DNA from: a virus
Lineage: Duplodnaviria; Caudoviricetes
DNA length: 46,029 nt
Reading direction: 5' to 3' (one strand)
IMG/VR virus record: IMGVR_UViG_3300037962_000510
Span: 1 to 46,029 of that record
Translations under genes and position numbers: made by a program
The notes under the pieces: model-generated
What the model saw: only the letters and a program-made list of their open reading frames with translations
Told to the model about the DNA's origin: nothing
The model's database searches: none
In this document: piece after piece, positions 35,315-43,475 of the stretch
Layout of the letters: each line of letters opens with the position of its first letter
How positions within the stretch are numbered: position 1 is the first letter of the stretch

Positions 35315-35684
35315 AATTGATTTCATTAAGAAGATGGGTGCCGCTACACTTATTCCAATCATCCCGTCTAAGACAAATGATGTGATGGATTGTGAGATCA
35401 TGCTCATCACACCAGAAGATCCAATCGTGAATAACATCCGGGTCTTGATCCATGCGTACGACATGACTCTTGAGACTGTTGTGGATGAGTACATTCCACT
35501 CCCGCAGGAAAGACCAAACGCTAGCCATATTGATGGTACTCCCTATGTTCGGTGGTTAGCAATCTCTGGTTTACCGGATAGCTATGATAAGTACGAAGTC
35601 TCTGTCAGGAGAAACCATGAAACACTATGGGCACAAACCTATAGCTATGGTCTGCCTAGAGAAATGACAATAGAGATACGATGA
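35307..35684 (+). CDS. Hypothetical protein with a Tat-like N-terminus
   Basis: MRRIDFIKKMGAATL; GGAG SD; coupled on both sides. Confidence 0.6.
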   Translation: MRRIDFIKKMGAATLIPIIPSKTNDVMDCEIMLITPEDPIVNNIRVLIHAYDMTLETVVDEYIPLPQERPNASHIDGTPYVRWLAISGLPDSYDKYEVSVRRNHETLWAQTYSYGLPREMTIEIR

Positions 35685-36700
35685 AAAGGCAAGACCGCAA
35701 AGACTTAACTCGCTCAATCGTAGAGCCCTACCTGACGGCCAAGAAAGATAGAACGATCATCGGTCAGTACAAACGTGCCGCGCCCGGAGATGATGGGCGA
35801 TTACGTACTGTGCTTTCTCCTGTCGTTACAGAGACAGGCAGGTTGGCTAGCTCTGACTCATTCGTCGATCCCGCATCTACGAACATGCAAAACTTTTCTA
35901 AGAAGGAGGGAATGAAGGACCCACTATATAAAGTTCGAGACAGCTTCATCGCAGATGAAGGTATGACTCTTCTCGCAAGCGACCTCGATAAAGCAGAGGC
36001 AGTAATCGTATCATTTGAGTCTAAGGATTGGGACTTCTATGAATCACTAATCAAAGGCAGAGATACCCACACATGGATTGCATCACTTGCATTCCACGGA
36101 GGCAATGAAAAGTCTGTATCCAAACACGAACGATCAGTATGTAAGAACGTCTACTACGCTTCCCTATACAAAGGAGGTGTACCTACCATCACCCGAACAG
36201 TCAATCAAGATTCAGACATACTAGGATTCAAGCTCACTGAAGCGGAGACGGGAACCGTTCTCTCTACCATCCTTGAAGTAACACGGCTTGAACAATGGTG
36301 GGATGAAATTATGACAGAACTATGGGACCCTAGTGTAGCGGGTGGGGTTCGATGGTTGGAGAATTGTTTTAGATTCCGCCGTCGTTTCTATGAGCCTGAC
36401 AAGCGTAGGCTAGAGACTAAAGCGGTGAACTTCAAGCCCCAATCAACGGTCGCCAATAAGATTGATGAGGTTATGATCACAGCCCATGAGTGGGAAGAGC
36501 CGGGGGTCTTTGAGTTCTTGTTACAAGTTCACGATGAAGTCCTATACCAAGTCCGTGATGATCTCCTAGTAGAGTACGCAGGGAGAGTTAAGGAGATTAT
36601 GGAATCCCACTTCCCCGCACAGGGTAGGATGGTACAGATTACAGCCGGAGCAGAGTCCGGTAAGAGATGGTCGGAGCTGTCTGCTGTGGAGGGCGTATGA
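35681..36700 (+). CDS. polA: DNA polymerase A, C-terminal catalytic part (palm/fingers)
   Basis: TETGRLASS, NMQN, motif A LLASDLDKAE, motif B RSVCKNVYYASLY, motif C LQVHDE. Confidence 0.92.
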   Translation: MKRQDRKDLTRSIVEPYLTAKKDRTIIGQYKRAAPGDDGRLRTVLSPVVTETGRLASSDSFVDPASTNMQNFSKKEGMKDPLYKVRDSFIADEGMTLLASDLDKAEAVIVSFESKDWDFYESLIKGRDTHTWIASLAFHGGNEKSVSKHERSVCKNVYYASLYKGGVPTITRTVNQDSDILGFKLTEAETGTVLSTILEVTRLEQWWDEIMTELWDPSVAGGVRWLENCFRFRRRFYEPDKRRLETKAVNFKPQSTVANKIDEVMITAHEWEEPGVFEFLLQVHDEVLYQVRDDLLVEYAGRVKEIMESHFPAQGRMVQITAGAESGKRWSELSAVEGV

Positions 36701-37524
36701 AACTAATGAGCACAGGAGAGTTTGTTTCTCACAACTTCCCAACTCCCTCATTCCTAGTCGATCCCATCCTACCTCAAGGGGGTACAGCAATCCTTCACGG
36801 CAAGCCCAACGTAGGTAAGACTCAATTCGTGATGACACTATCTTACTCAATCACTAATGGTCTACCCCTATTCGGGCGTTGGCCTGTACGTAGTGGCCCT
36901 GTCGTAATCATTCAAGCAGATATGACGGGGCAAATCCAACAAGCCAGAGTACATAAGGTAGTATCAGGGCTTCAACTAAACGAAGTCTATTGGCTTGTCG
37001 AAGAAGATGGTAGCCAACCCATAGTCAACATCATCAATATGCCTATGACTCACGCCCAACTTGTAGAGGAGATTCAAAATCTGGAGCCCGTGCTTATAGT
37101 GTGGGATACACTTCGTAAGATCCACACTCTGAGTGAGAACTCCAGTGAGAGTGCGGTAGCTGTATACAATGCGGCACGAAAGGTATGCCGTACAGCCACC
37201 CATCTTTTCATCCACCATAACAGAAAGGAGTCAAGAGATCCTGACCTGATCGGAGACCCCGCAGAAGATATGATGGGCAACCAACAGTGGATGGGTGCTT
37301 GTGATACAACACTCTCTTTGGCAGAGATAGGGAGTGTGCCTAAGAGACTTGCCTTACAGATCCATAAGGCTCGTACCGCTGATGAGCTACAGAAGAAACC
37401 ATTCTCTCTCACCCTAGACATGGACACTATGCTTCTCCTTCCTACCTATTGTAATCTTCCTGAAGGTAATACCCTAAGGGAGTCAGGCTTCGCCGATGAA
37501 GCCGAAGCATTGCGGTGGCCCTGA
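36697..37524 (+). CDS. RepA-like (AAA_25 / SF4) replicative helicase
   Basis: FLVDPILP, Walker A GKPNVGKT, Walker B LIVWDT, FIHHNRK; ATG 36697 (track start 36667). Confidence 0.85.
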   Translation: MKLMSTGEFVSHNFPTPSFLVDPILPQGGTAILHGKPNVGKTQFVMTLSYSITNGLPLFGRWPVRSGPVVIIQADMTGQIQQARVHKVVSGLQLNEVYWLVEEDGSQPIVNIINMPMTHAQLVEEIQNLEPVLIVWDTLRKIHTLSENSSESAVAVYNAARKVCRTATHLFIHHNRKESRDPDLIGDPAEDMMGNQQWMGACDTTLSLAEIGSVPKRLALQIHKARTADELQKKPFSLTLDMDTMLLLPTYCNLPEGNTLRESGFADEAEALRWP

Positions 37525-37555
37525 TCTCTATCTACCTTTAATAAAGGATTCCTAT

Positions 37556-38029
37556 ATGACTATCCTCGAAGACATCCGAAGGGAGCAGGGAGAGATTGAT
37601 GCTTCCGCACGTGAAGTCGCCAACTACCTAACCGAACAGGCACGTTCTAAGGTAGGCTATGGTGAAAAGGTTCGGCCCATAGTTGCCGCCCTTGTTGACG
37701 GGCAAACAGAGTTGTTCTTTCCTACATGGAGTAATGACTATGACCGACATAAAGTATTCACAGACCTCAACACCCAACTAGATGAGAAGCCCGTTGATGC
37801 TACTGTCATTGCATACGGTGCTACCTACATCGAAAGAGCTATAGATCCTCAAGAAGTTCGCGATCATCCTGAATCCCTTTCCGCTGTTATCGTTACCATA
37901 CGGACAGGCTCTTTACAGGAGATGGTTATACATCCATACAGGGAAACCGAGGATGCTGTCCTTTGGGTTAACCCCGTGATTGTGGACTCCTTCACTAATT
38001 CTCTAATCCACCAGCCATGCGTAGATTAA
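37556..38029 (+). CDS. Hypothetical protein
   Basis: AAGGA SD before ATG 37556 (track start 37496). Confidence 0.7.
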   Translation: MTILEDIRREQGEIDASAREVANYLTEQARSKVGYGEKVRPIVAALVDGQTELFFPTWSNDYDRHKVFTDLNTQLDEKPVDATVIAYGATYIERAIDPQEVRDHPESLSAVIVTIRTGSLQEMVIHPYRETEDAVLWVNPVIVDSFTNSLIHQPCVD

Positions 38030-38574
38030 TCACAATCATACTAACACTAGCAACAATCATTATCGTTTTACCCCGAAGTCCTGAGAAGGACTTAATCAAC
38101 CACCACTCTTACTATCCCGAAGCTCCCCCACTAGACTCAATAGTGGAAGCGATTCATCTACAATACGATACCTACAGGAGCCAAAAGCATGGCATCTCCC
38201 TCAACCTCGCAACCAGTATCAGAGTCGCTGCCACAGCAGAAGGAATCCCTCTTCCACTTGCATTCAGCCTCGTCCAAATTGAATCAACTTTCAATAGCAT
38301 GGCTGTTTCTCATGCAGGAGCTATTGGACTTACTCAAGTCATGCCAGCCACAGGACGAGCACACTGTTCGCTATCTAAAAGAGATCTATATGCGCCTGCT
38401 GACAACCTTGCCTGCGGATTCTCCTACCTGCGTATGCTCTATGATCGGACAGGCCAATGGTATACTGCACTCGCTAGCTATAACGTCGGAGATGCAAGAA
38501 GAATCCGAGCCCATTTAACAGGGGAACCGGATGGGTCTGTCTATGCTAATGCAGTCATTAATGCTAGCGACTGA
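38017..38574 (+). CDS. Lytic transglycosylase (SLT domain) with an N-terminal membrane anchor
   Basis: LVQIESTFN, AVSHAGAIGLTQVMP, GFSYL and ALASYNVG. Confidence 0.92.
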   Translation: MRRLITIILTLATIIIVLPRSPEKDLINHHSYYPEAPPLDSIVEAIHLQYDTYRSQKHGISLNLATSIRVAATAEGIPLPLAFSLVQIESTFNSMAVSHAGAIGLTQVMPATGRAHCSLSKRDLYAPADNLACGFSYLRMLYDRTGQWYTALASYNVGDARRIRAHLTGEPDGSVYANAVINASD

Positions 38575-38602
38575 ATTAACAGTTATCGGCAACTGAATTA
38601 AC
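38570..38602. repeat. 11-bp direct repeat ACTGAATTAAC, 22-bp period
   Basis: Copies at 38570-38580 and 38592-38602. Confidence 0.8.
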
Positions 38603-38760
38603 CGTATTCCCCTCCCCGATGTGGTATAGATGTATACCATACCCCTCTATACAACACGTACGCCTATGTACGGGAAGAGGAACGCGCACAAACGTAGTAT
38701 ACGGTGGTATAGGCATGGAACGCATAGAGAAAAAGTGGACTTGACACCCATATAGACTTC
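38597..38760 (+). promoter_or_regulatory. Structured intergenic regulatory element A
   Basis: ATTAACCGTATTC, GTGGTATA (twice) and AAAAGTGGacTTGACA, all shared with 45547-45710; nested hairpins. Confidence 0.55.
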
Positions 38761-38809
38761 AAGGTGCGCTTCTGGCCGACCCCACATCATCCAAATGGAG
38801 GTTGGCATT

Positions 38810-38908
38810 TTGAAGCAAGATGATGTAACAATATACCGTTATGCCCAGATTGTGTTTCTAATCTGGTTTTTTCTTTCTATCTCTATACGTATGCTTGAAC
38901 GACGATAA
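38810..38908 (+). CDS. 32-aa membrane peptide
   Basis: GGAGG SD, TTG start, MKQDDVTIYRYAQIVFLIWFFLSISIRMLERR*; not in the track. Confidence 0.45.
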   Translation: MKQDDVTIYRYAQIVFLIWFFLSISIRMLERR

Positions 38909-38919
38909 AGGAGAGTCCA

Positions 38920-39363
38920 ATGCAAACATTCCTTCCATATCCAGATTACAAACTATCAGCAATGGCCCTTGATATGCGGAGACTAGGCAAACAGCGAGTC
39001 GAAGTATTGCAGATACTCAAGGCATTGAATGGTGAATCCAAGGGGTGGGTAAACCATCCTGCTACCCTGATGTGGAAGGGCTACGAACATTCCTTGGTGG
39101 ACTATGGCAAAGCTATATGCAACGAATGGGTTCAGCGAGGCTACCAAGACACTTGCGCCGATAAAATCGAAGCATATAGGGCCATGTTCCCGAATAGCAG
39201 TACAGATGTACCATTCTGGATGGGTGATAAAGCCTTCCATACCTCTCACAAATCCAATCTCAGGAGAAAAGATCCCGATTACTATGCAGTTTGGTTTGAC
39301 ATACCCAAAGACATGGAGTATGTATGGCCCAACGGCAAAGGATGGCTAAGACCGTTACAATAG
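38920..39363 (+). CDS. Pyrimidine-dimer DNA glycosylase-like protein (DenV / MSMEG_6728 family)
   Basis: MQTFLP...LDMRRLGKQRVE..QIL...GWVNHPATLMWKGY...EWVQRGY.D...FHTSHKSNLRRKDPDYY...YVWP. Confidence 0.85.
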   Translation: MQTFLPYPDYKLSAMALDMRRLGKQRVEVLQILKALNGESKGWVNHPATLMWKGYEHSLVDYGKAICNEWVQRGYQDTCADKIEAYRAMFPNSSTDVPFWMGDKAFHTSHKSNLRRKDPDYYAVWFDIPKDMEYVWPNGKGWLRPLQ

Positions 39364-40205
39364 TATCCCCTATACAATCAACACAAACCACAAGGCATAT
39401 GATTATCTACCATCAAGCGGGTCGTGAATCCGCACCAAGACTGGCAGAACATATGAACATACCTGCCATGCCCGCAGAGAATGCTCTATATATGGAGGAG
39501 CGTCCACCATTCCTCATCCGATGGGGAACATCTGCGAGAGTTAGATTTCGTGCTCCCATTACCGTCAATCTAAGAGGGTCGTTATTGCAGTATAACAATA
39601 GGGGCGAACAGCTAGGTATTCTCAGGGATGAGGGTATACGTATACCGGATTTCATTGAGGGTGAAGGCAGACGCATCCCTAAGCGATGGGCACATTTCTA
39701 TGCGAGGAATAACATAGTTGGTCGCCAACCTACTGGTGGTCGGGGACTCAGCCAACTCGCTCATACGGGATGGCATCTACTATCAGAGCATGACCTATCT
39801 GTCAAAGCCATATACAAGCTACGGCAGTTTCGTGTCCATGTCGTCGGGGCCAATACCCGCATCAGGGAATTGATGTCTATCGGTGATCTGCCGTCTGCTC
39901 TTGGTATCTGGAATCTCGATAGCGGATTCACATATCGTGTGCCTGTAAATGCTATACCAGTAGGCGTAAGGACACAGGCTATAGCTGCTGTATCAGCATT
40001 ACGACTCGACTTTGGTGCGGTCGATATCGTATATGGACACAACACCGAACTGCGCCAAGGCCCTATAAGGGCATACGTAATTGAAGTGAATACCGCGCCC
40101 GGACTATCCGAGCCAACTCTCTCATGGTATGGGGACCACCTAAATCGTCTAGTAGAATCTCGTAAATCCACAACTAATCTACCATCTCATCAGGAGAATG
40201 GGTAA
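39324..40205 (+). CDS. ATP-grasp amide ligase
   Basis: LIRWG, FRVHV, WNLDSGF, LDFGAVDI and YVIEVNTAPG. True start may be ATG 39399. Confidence 0.85.
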   Translation: MAQRQRMAKTVTIVSPIQSTQTTRHMIIYHQAGRESAPRLAEHMNIPAMPAENALYMEERPPFLIRWGTSARVRFRAPITVNLRGSLLQYNNRGEQLGILRDEGIRIPDFIEGEGRRIPKRWAHFYARNNIVGRQPTGGRGLSQLAHTGWHLLSEHDLSVKAIYKLRQFRVHVVGANTRIRELMSIGDLPSALGIWNLDSGFTYRVPVNAIPVGVRTQAIAAVSALRLDFGAVDIVYGHNTELRQGPIRAYVIEVNTAPGLSEPTLSWYGDHLNRLVESRKSTTNLPSHQENG

Positions 40206-41570
40206 ATGCCTCAGAGTGGCCTAGATCCAGAGTTCCTTGTGCTAGATGGGGATGGCATGATCATCCCTGCATCTTTGTTCATAAGTAATTCTGGCACAGA
40301 GGACTCACGCCACACTGTCATATACGACAATGCGGCTGTTGAAATCCGCCCCGATCATAATTCATGCCTTGAAACCACCACAGAAAATACACAATACGAA
40401 TTGTGGGAGGTTCATAGGGCCATGAAGACTGCATGGGTGAAGGGGAAGATCCCTAACCGAAGTGCTGTGACATTCGCACCATCGGCCCGTCTCCGTAAGG
40501 AGCATAAGGATCTCCCATCTGTATCTGAGTTTGGGTGTTCACCTTCCAAGGTTCTCAATCCAGATATGACGGCATCTGTCAGTAGGTGCCAAGTCGATGC
40601 CCAGAGTACACCATACCGTTGTGCGGGGTTCCATGTACATACCACAGCAGATCAGCATTGCTATGACTATGAACGTGACCCTGAAAGCATGATTGAATTA
40701 TTCACAAATCGAATCGCTCTATGCGATGCGACTGTCGGTCTGGTCGATGTGCTTATGAACCATCTCGCAGGATGGGATGAGCAATCCAAGGTTCGCCGTG
40801 AGACATTAGGGTATGGCAAGGCAGGAGAGTTTCGTATCCGTATGTACGAAAGGGAGGGTTGGGATCAGGAATACTATGAATATATGCCCATCATAGAGTA
40901 TCGAACCCTGTCACCGTGGCCCCTATCACACCCTATGTGGACATGGTGGGCACAGTCTGCGGTTCGACATTGCATGGCGAGAGCAAGCATAGAGAAGGTC
41001 AATAGTACTCTCGCAATGCTCCCAGATCGAAGTGAGATTGTCGATGCCATCAATACTACCAATGCTGAATCAGCATTTGAGCTTTGGAAATCTGTATTCC
41101 TCAGTATGACAACAGAGAATACACTTGGTGGGGATGCAGGACGGGATGCCCTATGCGGATACACTCTCGTCAATCTCAATGAGATAATAAGCTACGGAGG
41201 CCATAGGTTCATCACAGATACCCATATCCATAAGGGATCATGGAAATCTGCTTGGTTCCGTAACGGTCCTGTGTATCGCACTGGTGAAAGTTACCGTGCC
41301 CATCGTATACGTGCTCGCAGAGAGGACGTATGCAGATTTTACGATATGGAGGAGAAGGATTACAATGCATTGTCCTATGAGGAGCAGATAAAGCATTGCG
41401 CGGATGTCCCTTCCCTCCGCCATCTGCATCCTTCCAGCTACCCGAAGCCAAGCAAGCTAAGGTCAGTAAGGAAATACTTCTATTTCCCATCTGGATTGGA
41501 GTCTATGCACGAACATCTCTCACATCAGGATGAGCGATGGGAAACCATCAGCTTAAGAGATGACAGATGA
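40206..41570 (+). CDS. phiEco32-like COOH-NH2 ligase (type 2)
   Basis: GLDPEF, DNAAVEIRP, FGCSP, RCAGFHVH, YGKAGEFR and IEYRTLS. Confidence 0.85.
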   Translation: MPQSGLDPEFLVLDGDGMIIPASLFISNSGTEDSRHTVIYDNAAVEIRPDHNSCLETTTENTQYELWEVHRAMKTAWVKGKIPNRSAVTFAPSARLRKEHKDLPSVSEFGCSPSKVLNPDMTASVSRCQVDAQSTPYRCAGFHVHTTADQHCYDYERDPESMIELFTNRIALCDATVGLVDVLMNHLAGWDEQSKVRRETLGYGKAGEFRIRMYEREGWDQEYYEYMPIIEYRTLSPWPLSHPMWTWWAQSAVRHCMARASIEKVNSTLAMLPDRSEIVDAINTTNAESAFELWKSVFLSMTTENTLGGDAGRDALCGYTLVNLNEIISYGGHRFITDTHIHKGSWKSAWFRNGPVYRTGESYRAHRIRARREDVCRFYDMEEKDYNALSYEEQIKHCADVPSLRHLHPSSYPKPSKLRSVRKYFYFPSGLESMHEHLSHQDERWETISLRDDR

Positions 41571-43465
41571 AGGGAGTAACGTGTTGCTACCATTGTGATA
41601 CACCCCTTGATGATGTACCCGAAACAATGGGGCAACCCCGCTCATCAGATAGTTATCTCATACGGATGAGAAGACGGGAACAAGAGAGTGAAGAGAGTCA
41701 AGATATCCGTCGTCCTCTATACGGGGATGATGATTACACAAGCTCTGTTGAGTTTAATGATGTGACGGTATACAATCATCACCATGCAGAGCACAGTGCT
41801 CTCCGTGTATGTCAGCCATGTGCTGTAAGGAATGGGTTACGTTACTGCCCATTCTGCCATGATACATTTCATTATCCTAGATCATGGTATGGGGGCACTC
41901 CACCTAGGTCTGTTCTTCCATGTCCTGACTGCTCAAGGGAACGGTATCCCGATACAGAGCGTGGGTATGGGGAAAGACCGCAGTACATTGATTGTGACCA
42001 TTGCGGTGATGACATAAACATTTCAGATGGTGATGAAAGAATACGTGTCATAGCAGGAGAATCCATATGGTGCAGGAGTTGTTGGAGGGATCGTCTGCAA
42101 TGCGAGAATAGCTTTTGCGCTAAGATCCACCATGAGAATGACAGCACACACGGCCCCTCATGGGGTAGCTATTGCAGTCCAGAGTGTTCAGACTTCAACC
42201 ATAACATAACCGGATCAGGATCCATTCCCTCCGGCAGACGATGGTGGAAGCCACAAGAGAATGAATACATATCTGGATGTGGTTGTGAGATGTGCTCATG
42301 GATACACGACAATATCCACTTGATGCTAATCTATGATGTGTATCAAGATGAGGTTAACCCAGTAGTTCCTCCAGATGAATCTCTGCCATCCTGTACTTCC
42401 TGCGGTTGCCATCACCATGCAGAGATCGGAACACTCGTACCTGATGGTAGTGTATGCCACTATTGCACTATGTCCAAGATCAAAGAGTGCTCTAACTGTC
42501 AGGCTTCTAAGCTCATACATAATTTTCATGGGACACACAGGACCCATAGAGGATGGTGTGACAGTTGCATGGCGACACTTGATGACCATTGGCTATGTGA
42601 TGCCCAGTGTAGCCGTTGGTACAGCACACAGGTACATAGTGAGGGCGATTGTGAATGTGGTGGTATCAACGTGTGGAACTACACACCTGCCTATCTCAAA
42701 TTCCTTAACTATGGTGATGTGGATGACACAAAAATCCCTTATCTAGGATTGGAGCTAGAGGTAGAAGCTATGACAGATGGAGCAACACGCCGTAGTGGAG
42801 CCAAGCTAACACGCTCCATAGCTAAGTCATGGTCATGGTGTATGCACGACGGATCACTTGGAGAGAACGGTCAAATGGGGTTTGAAATTGTAACCCATCC
42901 CATGACCTATGAGTGGTTTGATATGAATTGGCCTCAAATAAAAACCCTACTGCACAGCTTGCGAGAGCATGGTATGCGCTCATGGGATAGCGGTAGGTGT
43001 GGGATGCACATACACATAAGTCGGAAACTTATGAGTGAGTCTCACCAACTTCGATTCCTCAATTTCATATATGGATCGAGTAATCTGGCTATGACAATCG
43101 GAGGACGTAGCCATGCAGATAGTACTCTGACTCGATACGCTCCATTTGATCGTGAACGTCGATCAGATTTCTTGGGGCAGAAGGTTAGGCGGTATACGAA
43201 TCCGGGGACTGATTCCCATTATGCTGCTGTCAATGCTAATAAGAAAGCAACATTGGAAGCTAGATGGATGCGGGGTACCCTATCTCCATCTTCATTCCGA
43301 AAGAATGTTGAGTTCATCCAATCTGTATGGGAGTTTACCCGTAAGTTTGGGAACACATCAGCCAATGAGATGAACTATATCACATGGCTTAGATCACCAC
43401 CTGAGAGCCGAAGGTTCTCAAATGTCCTCAGATTCATAGAACATAACTATATAACCAGACGTTAA
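41567..43465 (+). CDS. Amidoligase (COOH-NH2 ligase) with a Cys-rich zinc-ribbon N-terminal array
   Basis: YLGLELEVE, HDGSL, GFEIVTHP, CGMHIHISR, YAAVN and TLEARWMRGTL; more than ten CxxC pairs in the first 370 aa. Confidence 0.85.
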   Translation: MKGVTCCYHCDTPLDDVPETMGQPRSSDSYLIRMRRREQESEESQDIRRPLYGDDDYTSSVEFNDVTVYNHHHAEHSALRVCQPCAVRNGLRYCPFCHDTFHYPRSWYGGTPPRSVLPCPDCSRERYPDTERGYGERPQYIDCDHCGDDINISDGDERIRVIAGESIWCRSCWRDRLQCENSFCAKIHHENDSTHGPSWGSYCSPECSDFNHNITGSGSIPSGRRWWKPQENEYISGCGCEMCSWIHDNIHLMLIYDVYQDEVNPVVPPDESLPSCTSCGCHHHAEIGTLVPDGSVCHYCTMSKIKECSNCQASKLIHNFHGTHRTHRGWCDSCMATLDDHWLCDAQCSRWYSTQVHSEGDCECGGINVWNYTPAYLKFLNYGDVDDTKIPYLGLELEVEAMTDGATRRSGAKLTRSIAKSWSWCMHDGSLGENGQMGFEIVTHPMTYEWFDMNWPQIKTLLHSLREHGMRSWDSGRCGMHIHISRKLMSESHQLRFLNFIYGSSNLAMTIGGRSHADSTLTRYAPFDRERRSDFLGQKVRRYTNPGTDSHYAAVNANKKATLEARWMRGTLSPSSFRKNVEFIQSVWEFTRKFGNTSANEMNYITWLRSPPESRRFSNVLRFIEHNYITRR

Positions 43466-43475
43466 GGAAATCCTT

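Noticed and set aside
34892-35680. Group I intron or split intein interrupting polA
   Set aside because: The gap is entirely coding with coupled starts and stops, and there is no Cys/Ser-initiated N-intein or His-Asn C-intein end. Not formally excluded without RT-PCR.
38575-38615. T3-like phage RNAP promoter (AATTAACC)
   Set aside because: The similarity covers only 8 nt, and no T7-type RNA polymerase is in the window.
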